Part shown: piece after piece, positions 37,237-46,839 of the stretch
Layout of the letters: the number at the start of each line of letters is the position of its first letter
Numbering within the stretch: the first letter of the stretch is position 1
Source of the DNA: Candidatus Parcubacteria bacterium
Lineage (GTDB): Bacteria > Patescibacteriota > Patescibacteriia > CAIXNZ01
Direction: 5' to 3'
NCBI GenBank assembly: GCA_026395685.1
Contig: JAPLYG010000006.1
Location: 4,943-68,942, forward strand
Length of the DNA: 64,000 nt
The notes under the pieces: model-generated
What the model saw: only the letters and a program-made list of their open reading frames with translations
What the model was told of the DNA's origin: nothing
Database searches by the model: none
Program-made: the position numbers and the translations under genes

Positions 37237-37899
37237 ATGCCTGGTAAAATAACACCAGGGTTTTATATTATGTTTTATCTTTTGGGGATCATTTTGATTT
37301 TAACTGTTATCCTATTGGTGCTTTATTATTCGGGTTTGTATGCAATAACTTTTTATTTTGCCTGGCTGGTGATTATCTGCACATATATTGTGCTTTTTTT
37401 TCTGATTATTCATTTATACCGAGTTTTTTTCAAAGGTTATGCTCCCTATATCCGCACTTCAGGGGAGCTAATAAAAAGAGTTATCGGGGAAATAGACTTT
37501 AAAGAAGGGGCCTCTGTTTATGAGCTTGGCTGCGGGGACGGACGTTTTTTACGCGCCTTAGCAAAACAAAAGAATATTAGGGCAGTCGGCTTTGAAAATT
37601 TTTTACCCCCATATTTACTCGCCCAGCTTTTTAATTTATTCAGCGCAAAAAAAATTAAGATTGTATTCAGTGATTTTTTTAAAAAGGATTTAAGCCAGGC
37701 TGATTATATTTTTTGTTATTTATTGCCCAGGAGCATGGATGTTTTGGAACAAAAGCTGCAGCGCGAATTAAAGCCTGGCGTTCTGGTTATTTCCAATACA
37801 TTTAAATTTAAGAATTGGCCGCTGGAAAAGGAGATTCTTTTATCCGGCAGTAAATACAGCAAATTAAGCAGTAAAATATATTTATATCGTAAAATTTAA
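37237..37899 (+). CDS. Membrane-anchored class I SAM-dependent methyltransferase
   Basis: Two N-terminal TM helices. Motif I VYELGCGDGRF. Confidence 0.6.
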   Translation: MPGKITPGFYIMFYLLGIILILTVILLVLYYSGLYAITFYFAWLVIICTYIVLFFLIIHLYRVFFKGYAPYIRTSGELIKRVIGEIDFKEGASVYELGCGDGRFLRALAKQKNIRAVGFENFLPPYLLAQLFNLFSAKKIKIVFSDFFKKDLSQADYIFCYLLPRSMDVLEQKLQRELKPGVLVISNTFKFKNWPLEKEILLSGSKYSKLSSKIYLYRKI

Positions 37900-37939
37900 G
37901 TTAATGTCCAAGCTCCGTGCTTTTTGATATAATTAAGCT

Positions 37940-39553
37940 ATGGGAAAATGGCAAACATTAGCATTACGAGTCAAAAGACTGATTAGCCATAATCAGTTTA
38001 TTTTATATTTGGGAGTTTTTATCTTTTCTTTTTTGCTCTATCTTATGATTCAGTCCAGCCCGACATTTTTGGATCCGGATTCATTTTACCATTTAAAAAT
38101 GATTAAGCTGATTTCTGAGCAGGGGCCGATTATAAATTTCCCCTGGCTGCAATTTACCGTGCTGAAGGATTTTTACATTGATCATCATTTTTTATACCAT
38201 GTGTTGGGTGTGCCGTTTATTTGGCTTTTGGGCGATTTTAGCGGCTATAAATTTTACACCATTTTGCTTAACAGCCTTTTTGTGGTGCTCTGTTATGCGC
38301 TCTTAAAAAAAGAAGGCATTAAGTATCCGTCAATTTATGCTTTTTTAATTCTAACAACCAGTGGTTTGTTGTTTCGCATCTCACTTGCTAAAGCAATTTC
38401 CAGCTCTCTGATTTTAAGCTTTTTAACAATATATTGTCTTTTTAGCCGTAAAAAGTGGCTGCTTTATTTCATCTCCTGGCTTTATGTCTGGACATACGGC
38501 GGCTTTTTACTGGCCTGGGTTATCACCGGATTTTATTGTTTAAGCCAGGGATTTTATTCTGCCTGGATAGAGCCAGGTAGTCAGGAAAATAAGCACGATC
38601 ACAAGCTTGCCCGCTTTTTAGTTGCAACTTTTAGCAAGGATAATTTGCAGCTGATGATCGCCACAATTAGCGGTGTTATTACCGGGATTATTGTCAATCC
38701 TTATTTTCCGCGCAATATTAAGTTTGTCTGGCAGCAATTGGTGCAAATAGGCATTATTAATTACCGGGGCGCTGTTAATGTGGGCGGTGAATGGTATCCG
38801 ATAAAAGCTACGGAGTTAATTACTTCCTTAGGCGGTACTTTTATTCTGGCAATTTTTGCTTTGGCAGTATTTTTTGCCTTTATAAAAAAACAGGAAAAGC
38901 ATACAATATTTTTCTTTTTTAGCAGTTTGTTTTTTTTCGCTTTGACCTTGAAATCCAGGCGCTATGTGGAATACTTTGTCCCATATTTAATATTCTTTAT
39001 AGCTTATAGCCTTAATTACCTTTTATCCGCCTTTAACTGGAAAAAAATAATCAGGGAACTAAAAGAAGCCAGCCGGATTATCCCGATACTATTTTATCTT
39101 ACTGCTATTTTGGTGCTTGTCTTTGTGCCGGCCATCAATATCAAAGATGTATATCATAATTATGTGTCGTTTAAAAGAGGCTATCAGTTTGATACTTATG
39201 CCGGCGTTTCCCAATATTTAAAGGAAAATTCTCAGCCAGGTGAAATAATAATGCATACTGATTGGGATGATTTTCCCCATCTTTTTTATCACAATTCCCA
39301 GAATTATTATATTGTGGGGCTTGATCCGACTTTTATGTATAATTATGACCGCAAGCTTTATCAGCTTTACGCGGATATTACTATGGCGAAAATAAGCGAT
39401 AATTTATCCGAGCTTATTAAGGATAATTTTAAGGCCAAATATTTTATCGTGCAAAAGGGCCGGGAAGCCCTGCGCCAAAATTTGCAAAAGGACTCGAATT
39501 TTATTAAGGTATATGAAGATAAGGATGCTTGGTTGTATATGATTAAATATTGA
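37940..39553 (+). CDS. GT-C-fold integral-membrane glycosyltransferase, possibly oligosaccharyltransferase/STT3-AglB-like
   Basis: About 13 TM helices. DPDSFYH sits in the first extracytoplasmic loop, in the position of the acidic catalytic motif of GT-C enzymes. Confidence 0.45.
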   Translation: MGKWQTLALRVKRLISHNQFILYLGVFIFSFLLYLMIQSSPTFLDPDSFYHLKMIKLISEQGPIINFPWLQFTVLKDFYIDHHFLYHVLGVPFIWLLGDFSGYKFYTILLNSLFVVLCYALLKKEGIKYPSIYAFLILTTSGLLFRISLAKAISSSLILSFLTIYCLFSRKKWLLYFISWLYVWTYGGFLLAWVITGFYCLSQGFYSAWIEPGSQENKHDHKLARFLVATFSKDNLQLMIATISGVITGIIVNPYFPRNIKFVWQQLVQIGIINYRGAVNVGGEWYPIKATELITSLGGTFILAIFALAVFFAFIKKQEKHTIFFFFSSLFFFALTLKSRRYVEYFVPYLIFFIAYSLNYLLSAFNWKKIIRELKEASRIIPILFYLTAILVLVFVPAINIKDVYHNYVSFKRGYQFDTYAGVSQYLKENSQPGEIIMHTDWDDFPHLFYHNSQNYYIVGLDPTFMYNYDRKLYQLYADITMAKISDNLSELIKDNFKAKYFIVQKGREALRQNLQKDSNFIKVYEDKDAWLYMIKY

Positions 39554-39555
39554 AT

Positions 39556-39745
39556 GGGTTATGGTAAGGATACTGGTAAGTAAATGGCGTTAATTACTTA
39601 ACCTAAGCACATAACACATACTAGCATCATTACCAACTCACTTTTCACTAGTAAATGAGGTTATGGTAAGGATGCTGGTAAGTGATATGGTAAAGTGTTG
39701 GGTGTTTACATTTTCTACTTACCATAGCTCTAGAATCTACCAGCT
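39556..39745. repeat. Family H hairpin elements, two tandem degenerate copies
   Basis: ggttatggtaaggatactggtaagta...ctagcatcattacc and gttatggtaaggatgctggtaagtg...cttaccatagc. Confidence 0.4.
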
Positions 39746-39776
39746 TTTTTACCAAATCACATAATACTTTTTGTCT

Positions 39777-40499
39777 ATGAAGGTACTAATTGTTTTGCCA
39801 GCATATAATGAGGCTAAGATAATCCGCGAAAACACGGAGAAGCTTTTGGATTTTGTGCAGAAAAATTTATTGGACGACCAGATCCAGATTGTGATTGCTG
39901 ATAATAATTCAAAAGATCAGACCAGCGCAATCGGCAAAGAGCTGGCAGCCAAGTCTGATCAGATAGCTTATGAATTTGTGGCTGAGCAGGGCAAGGGCCA
40001 TGCAGTTTTATCGCCCTGGCTGAAGATGGAGGAGTTTTTTGATATATTTATCTTTATGGATGCTGACCTGGCAACTGATTTGCAGGATTTGCCTTATTTA
40101 ATTTTTGGCATAAAGCAAGGCTTTGATCTGGTGATCGGATCGCGCCGTCTTTCCGAATCTAAAGTTAATAAATCCATTAGCCGGCATATTTTTTCCTCGT
40201 GTTACCATTGGGTATTAAAAATATTATTAGGTACAAAAATAAATGATTTGCCCTGCGGTTTCAAGTCAATCAATCGCCGCGCGCTTAAAGACTTGGTTCC
40301 TTTGATAAAGGATCGTTCCTGGTTTTTTGACAGCGAACTTGTTTATCTGGCGGAAAAAAAAGGCTATAAAATAAAAGAGATTCCTGTAAAATGGCAGGAA
40401 CCTCGGCAAGGAGATGACAAAAGCCGGGTTAATCTCTGGAAAGTATCCTGGCTATATTTAAAGCGGGCTGTCCAGCTAAAGTTCAGAAAAATCAGTTAA
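39777..40499 (+). CDS. GT2 polyprenol-phosphate glycosyltransferase (Dpm1/GtrB-like)
   Basis: VLPAYNEA...IVIADNNSKD..., a DAD motif (FMDADLA), then later SR...F. Confidence 0.7.
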   Translation: MKVLIVLPAYNEAKIIRENTEKLLDFVQKNLLDDQIQIVIADNNSKDQTSAIGKELAAKSDQIAYEFVAEQGKGHAVLSPWLKMEEFFDIFIFMDADLATDLQDLPYLIFGIKQGFDLVIGSRRLSESKVNKSISRHIFSSCYHWVLKILLGTKINDLPCGFKSINRRALKDLVPLIKDRSWFFDSELVYLAEKKGYKIKEIPVKWQEPRQGDDKSRVNLWKVSWLYLKRAVQLKFRKIS

Positions 40500-42369
40500 T
40501 GGTCGCCTCACCAATAATGGTAATTTGATCAAAATTATTTTCCAGATTGTTAAGCTGGTTAAAAGTTGCGCCAGCACTTCCGGTAATGGTAAATTTTTTA
40601 AAATCATCAAATCCGAAGAAATTTATTTTTATCAATTGTCCCGGCTGCCAGGCGCTGGTCGGTAAAATTTCATAACCCAAAGGCAAATAAGTATCATTGA
40701 TTTTGATCAGATAATTCTGAGTGATCGGCTGCAGCCCCTTAAAATACAGGGAAACAAAACCATTGTTTTTTTCAGCGCCCAAAAATTCAATCATGCCGCC
40801 TAAGTCTTGTTTTTCAACTTTTAGTGACTCAGGTAACAAGGCTGGCGTCTCATATAATTTGTAAAGGCTTTCGCCTTTATTTTTTTGCCATAGTACTAGA
40901 GTTTTATCGACCTTAACCAGGGTATAATTTGCCAAAAGGTCTCTTAAGCGGTCATCCCCTAAATAAAAATCTTCTTTAAATGTCTTGCCATTGGCATAGG
41001 CATGTTCATAATAAATAAAAGTATCATAATTAAAAAAGATGTAAGGTAAATCATCAGGCAAAGGATAATCTCCCATTTTATATTGGCGTTTATTTAAAAA
41101 GCCGTATAAGGCATAATATAGGCCGGGCCTGCTGGAAAGCGGTGTCAAAAATTCATTGGTGGTCATAACATTTTCTCCGGCTGCTATTTTTTTGAGAAAT
41201 TCTGTTTTGCGGTGAACTTCCTGATAGTCAGTAGCATAGAGCGATTTGATAAAGGGTAAAAGCGGAGATTGAAAAATAAAATTGTAGCTAAGGGCAACGG
41301 TTAATAAAATATAGGGCAATTGGAAAAATTCGCGGCATAAATCAATAAATTTTCGGGAAGAAGATAATTTTTTTAAGCCAAAGATTGCGGCAATAAAAAA
41401 AGCAGGTAAAAGCAGAGAATTATAATGCGCGCGTATAAAAACCGTTCCGGTATTTGGTCCTAAGACAAATTCTAAGGCAGGGCCAAGGCAGAGCAGTAAA
41501 TATTTGGGACGAAAAAGGGGCAGTAGTAAAAAGAAAACTATTAAACAAAAAGCCGCCTCATAATGAGTGCAGTTTGAAAATATGTGTTTGAGCACGTCGG
41601 GAAATCTGAGAAAAAAATTTGCCAGTATTTCCTGTAAAGAATTGCCCAGCCAGGAGTAATAGACTAAAAATTTATAATTTTCAGCATTGGCAAAATAAGA
41701 GGAGATTTTAAGCGCGCTAAAAAAATATGCAGTTGAGGCAATAAGCGGGGTTAAAATCCAATAAATCTTTTTTTTATCAAGAATGGCCAGGACGCCGAAC
41801 ATAAAGATTATAAAACTCACGTCTTCCCGCACCAGAAGCGCAAGCGCGCAAAAAATTATAAAGGGTTTAAGCTTATTTTGATCATAAAAATAAAAAGCAA
41901 AAAGCACAAAAAAGGTTAACAGCGGTAAAATATGGAATTCAAAGATCGACTGATAAAGAATCAGGGGATTGAAAAGATAAAGACAGATTATAAAAAAAGT
42001 ATTTTTGGGTGAAAGATGCTTTTGGCAAATCAGAAAAAGGGGTATCACTGTTAGCGCCATAAAACAGGCTTGCATAAATACTAATGTCAAAGGATGCGGA
42101 ATCAGAGAATAAAAAGGAACAAGAAAAAAGATAATTATTTCAAAATGGTCGCCCAAATAAGAAGCGCCATGAAAAGAAAATTCAAACCAGCGGCCGTGCA
42201 TAGAATTAAAAAAGACTTGGTTATAAATAGCCAAATCCAGGCAAATGTATTTGTAGGTAAAATACTTAAACAGGCAAATGGCAAAAATGAAAATTACAAA
42301 AAACAGCATTAGAATCCAGGTGATTTTTGTCAATTTTGGCCAGGTTAAGTTGTCTAAATATGAAAACAT
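40492..42369 (-). CDS. DUF2079-like polytopic membrane protein, putative GT-C glycosyltransferase
   Basis: CLDLAIYNQVFFN and GASYLGDHF motifs. About 12 TM helices plus a ~250-aa C-terminal extracytoplasmic domain. Confidence 0.45.
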   Translation of the reverse strand: MFSYLDNLTWPKLTKITWILMLFFVIFIFAICLFKYFTYKYICLDLAIYNQVFFNSMHGRWFEFSFHGASYLGDHFEIIIFFLVPFYSLIPHPLTLVFMQACFMALTVIPLFLICQKHLSPKNTFFIICLYLFNPLILYQSIFEFHILPLLTFFVLFAFYFYDQNKLKPFIIFCALALLVREDVSFIIFMFGVLAILDKKKIYWILTPLIASTAYFFSALKISSYFANAENYKFLVYYSWLGNSLQEILANFFLRFPDVLKHIFSNCTHYEAAFCLIVFFLLLPLFRPKYLLLCLGPALEFVLGPNTGTVFIRAHYNSLLLPAFFIAAIFGLKKLSSSRKFIDLCREFFQLPYILLTVALSYNFIFQSPLLPFIKSLYATDYQEVHRKTEFLKKIAAGENVMTTNEFLTPLSSRPGLYYALYGFLNKRQYKMGDYPLPDDLPYIFFNYDTFIYYEHAYANGKTFKEDFYLGDDRLRDLLANYTLVKVDKTLVLWQKNKGESLYKLYETPALLPESLKVEKQDLGGMIEFLGAEKNNGFVSLYFKGLQPITQNYLIKINDTYLPLGYEILPTSAWQPGQLIKINFFGFDDFKKFTITGSAGATFNQLNNLENNFDQITIIGEATIN

Positions 42370-42547
42370 CGCTAATTTTAGGTAAATTATATGTTAATTC
42401 TAGCATATATTATAAGAAAATAAAACAACAGATATTGACATTTGTCTCCAAATGTGCTATTATAATAAGTACTTAAAGATAAAGAACGTTTTTTCCTATA
42501 ATCACATTAACCCAAAACAATCTGCCAAGGGCAGAGGAGGAAAAATC

Positions 42548-43126
42548 ATGAACAAGAAGATCATCGTTCTGTTGGCCTGCTTCGCAATCATCCTGTCCCA
42601 GGCCTGCGCCACCACCGTGGTGCGTCCGAATAACGGCGGCGTGGTCGTTGATACGATGGATCCGAAAGTCGCTCGCGACGCGGCCTCGCCCAACTCCAAC
42701 TACGCGACTCCGCTCGAGAATGCCTGCGCCGAACTCGTTCGGCAGGGCAAGGCCTCGTACATCCAGACTCCGGAGGGCACCAGGTGCATCGTGCACAATG
42801 GCAAGCCCGCTCCCGGCGAAACCCCTTCGCCGTTGGGAAAGACACAGAAGGGCGCCTTTGAAAACATCGGCAGCCATACCATCATGATCGAGGTCTACGA
42901 TGAAATCGGGATCAAGATCTCCAGCTTCACGCTCTTTCCCAAGGGCAACAAGGATGGCAAGGATGTGCGCGTCATGGACTTGGTGCCGGGCAAGTATCAC
43001 TACACTGCCCGGTATACCAGCAGCAACAAGTCCGCGGGCTTTGACTTGCCCATCGACACCCAGCCGTGTCCTGACTGCCATGTCTCGAACGGCACGACGG
43101 TGGAGTGGCGGGAAGTCGTCCGCTAA
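42548..43126 (+). CDS. GC-rich lipoprotein. Hypothetical.
   Basis: Lipobox ILSQAC. GC is roughly 60%. Upstream is TTGACA-17-TATTAT and a leader hairpin ctgccaagggcag before AGGAGG. A terminator follows at 43152-43180. Confidence 0.55.
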   Translation: MNKKIIVLLACFAIILSQACATTVVRPNNGGVVVDTMDPKVARDAASPNSNYATPLENACAELVRQGKASYIQTPEGTRCIVHNGKPAPGETPSPLGKTQKGAFENIGSHTIMIEVYDEIGIKISSFTLFPKGNKDGKDVRVMDLVPGKYHYTARYTSSNKSAGFDLPIDTQPCPDCHVSNGTTVEWREVVR

Positions 43127-43184
43127 AAAAAGCGGCAAAAATAAGAGGGTCTCACCCGGGACCCTCTTTTTCTTTTTGTTTAAA

Positions 43185-43619
43185 TTATTCAGAAATGACT
43201 TGTTGTGGAGTGCCTCCGTCGCCTTGCGATGCATAATAAAGAGCATTTAAGACATAGCTGGAAATAGCATAAGCTGAGATTATGATTACCAGGCCGATAA
43301 CCGCCTGGGTAATTACGGCCTTGGCTTTTTTAATTTTTTCTTCAGTGCCCATGGCAGTCATCCAGGTATAGCCGCCATAGATCATCAGGATAACAAAGAC
43401 AATTCCCAAAATTCCAAGCGCGGCGTTTATAACTTTGGCAATTAAGCTAAAAATATTAGTCGGTTGCTCTGACCCAAAAGCTGCCGATCCGAATTTTTGA
43501 ACTCCGCTGCTTATGGGCGTTGAGTCTGTCGGAGGAGTTGTTGCCTGAGCTAAAAGAGGCAATATTAAGCTGACTGCCAAAATAAGGATAATAAGAAATT
43601 TCACATTTAAAATTTTCAT
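43185..43619 (-). CDS. TrbC/VirB2-type (T4SS-like) pilin, paralog 1
   Basis: A signal peptide, a variable region, then TM1 ending in YGGYTWMTAMGTEEK...KAK..I..AVIGLVIIISAY, which is TM2. Confidence 0.65.
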   Translation of the reverse strand: MKILNVKFLIILILAVSLILPLLAQATTPPTDSTPISSGVQKFGSAAFGSEQPTNIFSLIAKVINAALGILGIVFVILMIYGGYTWMTAMGTEEKIKKAKAVITQAVIGLVIIISAYAISSYVLNALYYASQGDGGTPQQVISE

Positions 43620-43652
43620 AAATATTTTGTTAGGAAAAAATGATAGATTAGA

Positions 43653-44018
43653 TTATTTAGCGGCAAGCTCCAGGGCAGTGGTGATAAAATAAGCCAGACT
43701 ATAGGAAACAATAATAATTACAATACCGATTACAGCATATTTAATTATATTTTTCGCCTGCTCTATTTTTTTTGCATCACCCCTTGCGAGCATATAAGTG
43801 GTACCGCCATAAAGCAATAAAACAATAAAGACTATGCCCAAGACACCCAAGACACCCTGAACAATATTGCCGGCGATAATGTTTACATCTCTTTCTCCGC
43901 TATAACCCGTGTCCTCTATTGTTTTATTGAGTGATTCGGTAAATCTTGAAGCAAGGGCCAAATTAGCAGAAAAAATAAGAGTAATCAGGGCTAGGCAAAT
44001 TATAATTTTTTTAAGCAT
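43653..44018 (-). CDS. TrbC/VirB2-type pilin, paralog 2
   Basis: LLYGGTTYMLARGDAKKIEQAKNIIKYAVIGIVIIIVSYS. The start is ambiguous (M at 44018 or at 44033, or the tracked 44063). Confidence 0.6.
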   Translation of the reverse strand: MLKKIIICLALITLIFSANLALASRFTESLNKTIEDTGYSGERDVNIIAGNIVQGVLGVLGIVFIVLLLYGGTTYMLARGDAKKIEQAKNIIKYAVIGIVIIIVSYSLAYFITTALELAAK

Positions 44019-44022
44019 AAAT

Positions 44023-44412
44023 TTAAGAGGCATTTTCCAAAAGAGTCGTGATAAAATAAGCAATTGAATAAGATGCGATGATAATAATCAGGCCGATGAC
44101 AGCGCTAATAATAATTTTGCGCGCCTTGGCGGCCTTTTCTTCCGAGCCGGATGCGGTCATATATTGGAATCCGCCATAAATTATTAAAATCACAAAAACC
44201 AGGCCGAGAAGAGAAAAAAGAACCTGGACTGCCGTGCCTATAAATACGGCCAGATCGGTTTCACCTTTGACGCCTGCCTGAGAAGCGGTGGCATCAAGAT
44301 TAGGATTAATATTTTTCAGGCCTTGTGCCTGGCTATAATGCAGCGGGCAGGCTAGGGTAATAAATAAAAAAAACGCAAGAATAAGACAAGAAAGTAAGGA
44401 TTTAAATTTCAT
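44023..44412 (-). CDS. TrbC/VirB2-type pilin, paralog 3
   Basis: IIYGGFQYMTASGSEEKAAKARKIIISAVIGLIIIIASYS. Confidence 0.65.
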   Translation of the reverse strand: MKFKSLLSCLILAFFLFITLACPLHYSQAQGLKNINPNLDATASQAGVKGETDLAVFIGTAVQVLFSLLGLVFVILIIYGGFQYMTASGSEEKAAKARKIIISAVIGLIIIIASYSIAYFITTLLENAS

Positions 44413-44423
44413 AGATTTAAAAA

Positions 44424-44822
44424 TTATTGAATCGGTGTGCTTTCTGTTTGGGCGCTTTTCTCAAGGGAATTGGCAATGAAAGCTGTTGTGGCATAGGCGG
44501 AAATAATTATCACAATGCCGATTACTGCTGTTTTAAAGACTTTTTTGGCTTTATCGATTTTATTTTTATCAGCGCCAGACTCTGAAGTCATCCAGAGAAA
44601 TCCGCCATAAAGCATAAGCACGGCAAAAAGTACGCCAACCAGGCTTAATACGGCTTTAATCATTCCGGCAATAAATAAAGAATAGTCGGTTCCCGTCTCA
44701 TAGCCGATTGCCTGGCCGGAAGACTCGAAGTTTTTCTGAGCATCAGAAAAACCCTGAGCTAGGCAAATGCAGGGCAAAAGGATAGAAAGGCAAATAAGGG
44801 TAATTAATAAATATTTTTTCAT
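44424..44822 (-). CDS. TrbC/VirB2-type pilin, paralog 4
   Basis: MLYGGFLWMTSESGADKNKIDKAKKVFKTAVIGIVIIISAYA. Confidence 0.65.
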   Translation of the reverse strand: MKKYLLITLICLSILLPCICLAQGFSDAQKNFESSGQAIGYETGTDYSLFIAGMIKAVLSLVGVLFAVLMLYGGFLWMTSESGADKNKIDKAKKVFKTAVIGIVIIISAYATTAFIANSLEKSAQTESTPIQ

Positions 44823-44828
44823 AATATA

Positions 44829-45191
44829 TTAGGCTGTAAGAACACTGAAGATAAAGGCGGTAATGGAATAGGAGGCGGCAATAATAGTAACTCCGATTAT
44901 TGCCCAATAGAGGATTTTTTTTCCTTTAGTAAGACGCTCTTCATTGCCGGCGGCTGTCATTATGATTATTCCGCCATAGATGATAAAAAACAGAAAAATA
45001 GAACCTGTCAGGGACAGAGCGGCTCCGATTATTTGTCCGAAATACGTCGGCAAATCACCTTGAGGCAAAACAGTTTGATTTACTGTCTGGTTGAGATTGT
45101 CTAAGGGCGTTTGGGCTAAACAAAAGATACCAGGTATTAAAAAAAGATTAAGCAAAAGCAGTGTCAAAATTATCAAAGCTGTTCGGGGCAT
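44829..45191 (-). CDS. TrbC/VirB2-type pilin, paralog 5
   Basis: IIYGGIIIMTAAGNEERLTKGKKILYWAIIGVTIIAASYS. Confidence 0.65.
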   Translation of the reverse strand: MPRTALIILTLLLLNLFLIPGIFCLAQTPLDNLNQTVNQTVLPQGDLPTYFGQIIGAALSLTGSIFLFFIIYGGIIIMTAAGNEERLTKGKKILYWAIIGVTIIAASYSITAFIFSVLTA

Positions 45192-45197
45192 AGTTTT

Positions 45198-45581
45198 TTA
45201 TTGGCTCAGGGCTCCGAAAATAAAGGAAGTTATGGCATATGAAGCCGCTAAAATAGCAGCGCCAATTACAGCCCAGGTAATTACTTTTTTCCCTTTTTCC
45301 ACCCGGTCGCTTCCGGCAGAGGTCATTATCATGACTCCGCCATAAATTATTAAAAATAAAAAGATGGAGCCTGATAAGGCCAGCCCTGCGCCGACTACCG
45401 AGCCCAAAAACTCAGGAACAGAGACATCTTTTTTTAAGCCGCTTTGCGTGCCAGTCTCTTCCAGCCCATAGCCTCCTGTATCAGCGGGCGCATCAGTTGT
45501 TGCCTGCGCCAGATTGATAAAGGGAAGTGTCAGGGCTCCGAAAAGCAGGAGAGAAAGTAATAATAAAGAAAATTTGCGCAT
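45198..45581 (-). CDS. TrbC/VirB2-type pilin, paralog 6 (closest to paralog 5)
   Basis: IIYGGVMIMTSAGSDRVEKGKKVITWAVIGAAILAASYA. Confidence 0.65.
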   Translation of the reverse strand: MRKFSLLLLSLLLFGALTLPFINLAQATTDAPADTGGYGLEETGTQSGLKKDVSVPEFLGSVVGAGLALSGSIFLFLIIYGGVMIMTSAGSDRVEKGKKVITWAVIGAAILAASYAITSFIFGALSQ

Positions 45582-45728
45582 AAAAGTAGATTAAACATTT
45601 GGCCATTATGTCCGGCCAATGTCGTGATTAGAAATTGGAATTTATTGCTCTAAGGCAAGATGTTCCAAGCTCCAATCTGCAAAAAAGGGGAGCAGAAAAC
45701 TTTCCACTCCCCGCAAATATTCTAACTT

Positions 45729-46109
45729 TTAGGTAGTAGCAGAATAAAGTGCATTCAAGACAAACTGAGCGATTGCATAGGCACAAACGATAATTACCAA
45801 GCCGATAACACCCTGAATAATTAAGGTTTTTGCTTTTTTTACTGCTTCATCATTGCCCAAAGCAGTCATCCATTTAAAGCCGCCGATCAGGATAATGACC
45901 ACAGCAACTACGCCCAATAAAGCCATGGCGCTATTAATGATTCTGGCTGCAGTTGCGCGAATGTCAGCTGTTGCTAAGCTTGTTGACGCGGCAAATGATC
46001 CCAGGTTATTAAGCTGAAATTCTGGGTCAGCTGCATTAATAACTGCAGGAGCGACTAAGATGCCAAACAAGGCAATGAAAACTGCTAGACTTAATAAGAT
46101 TTTTTTCAT
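45729..46109 (-). CDS. TrbC/VirB2-type pilin, paralog 7
   Basis: ILIGGFKWMTALGNDEAVKKAKTLIIQGVIGLVIIVCAYA. Confidence 0.65.
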   Translation of the reverse strand: MKKILLSLAVFIALFGILVAPAVINAADPEFQLNNLGSFAASTSLATADIRATAARIINSAMALLGVVAVVIILIGGFKWMTALGNDEAVKKAKTLIIQGVIGLVIIVCAYAIAQFVLNALYSATT

Positions 46110-46272
46110 GTTTTTTAGTCCTTTTTAGTAATGCCCGGCTCGTTTTATATTCCGAACATTAAAATTAATTAGTAAATATTTAATTTTTAACTTTCAAAGA
46201 AACTATTCTCTTATCTTATTATAGCAAAAATGCTGTAAAACAAGCAATTATTTATTAACAGCCAAGGGTAAG

Positions 46273-46728
46273 CTATTCAGCTTCAAGCAGCGGCTTATTG
46301 CTTTCATCTTTCGGGGTTTGCGACCCTTGCTGTGATAAGGCGCCGATGATATATGAAACCATAACATAAGACCCAAAGATTACGACCAGGCCGATTGAAG
46401 CCCAAATCAGGGCGTTTTTGCCCTTAGTGATTTTGGTGGCATCACCCTGGGAAATGAGCATTAAAAATCCGCCATAAACGAAAATGATTAAGGCAATGGA
46501 TCCGACAATGCCTAAAGCGACCTGGATAATCAAACCAACGATTTGAGGAATAGTCAGATCAGGATTAACCGGACTGATAGTGCTCAAGTCAACTACAGTT
46601 GACGAAGATGACTGGTCATTGGAAGTTTCAGCCGGAGGCGTGCTGTCGGCAAAAGCAATGCCAACGGGAGCAAGAAGCAAAGTCATAAGCACAAGCGAGA
46701 AGAAAAGGAGGGATAATAGTTTTTTCAT
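46273..46728 (-). CDS. TrbC/VirB2-type pilin, paralog 8 (Ser/Thr-rich N-terminal variable region, acidic C-terminal tail)
   Basis: FVYGGFLMLISQGDATKITKGKNALIWASIGLVVIFGSYV. Confidence 0.65.
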   Translation of the reverse strand: MKKLLSLLFFSLVLMTLLLAPVGIAFADSTPPAETSNDQSSSSTVVDLSTISPVNPDLTIPQIVGLIIQVALGIVGSIALIIFVYGGFLMLISQGDATKITKGKNALIWASIGLVVIFGSYVMVSYIIGALSQQGSQTPKDESNKPLLEAE

Positions 46729-46839
46729 AAAGTAAAATAATAATTATTTAGGAAATAGTCTTTGTTTCGAATTCAGAAGGGGCTCTGAGAAAATTTGCCG
46801 GCTATTCCCGGTAACGAAGCTATATTGCTTCAGGCATTT

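Noticed and set aside
42473-43250. Stack of overlapping ORFs (42473-43246 minus, 42588-42845, 42648-42887, 42900-43250) around the GC-rich lipoprotein
   Set aside because: These are GC-rich spurious frames. Only 42548-43126 has a promoter, a Shine-Dalgarno sequence, a lipobox and a terminator.
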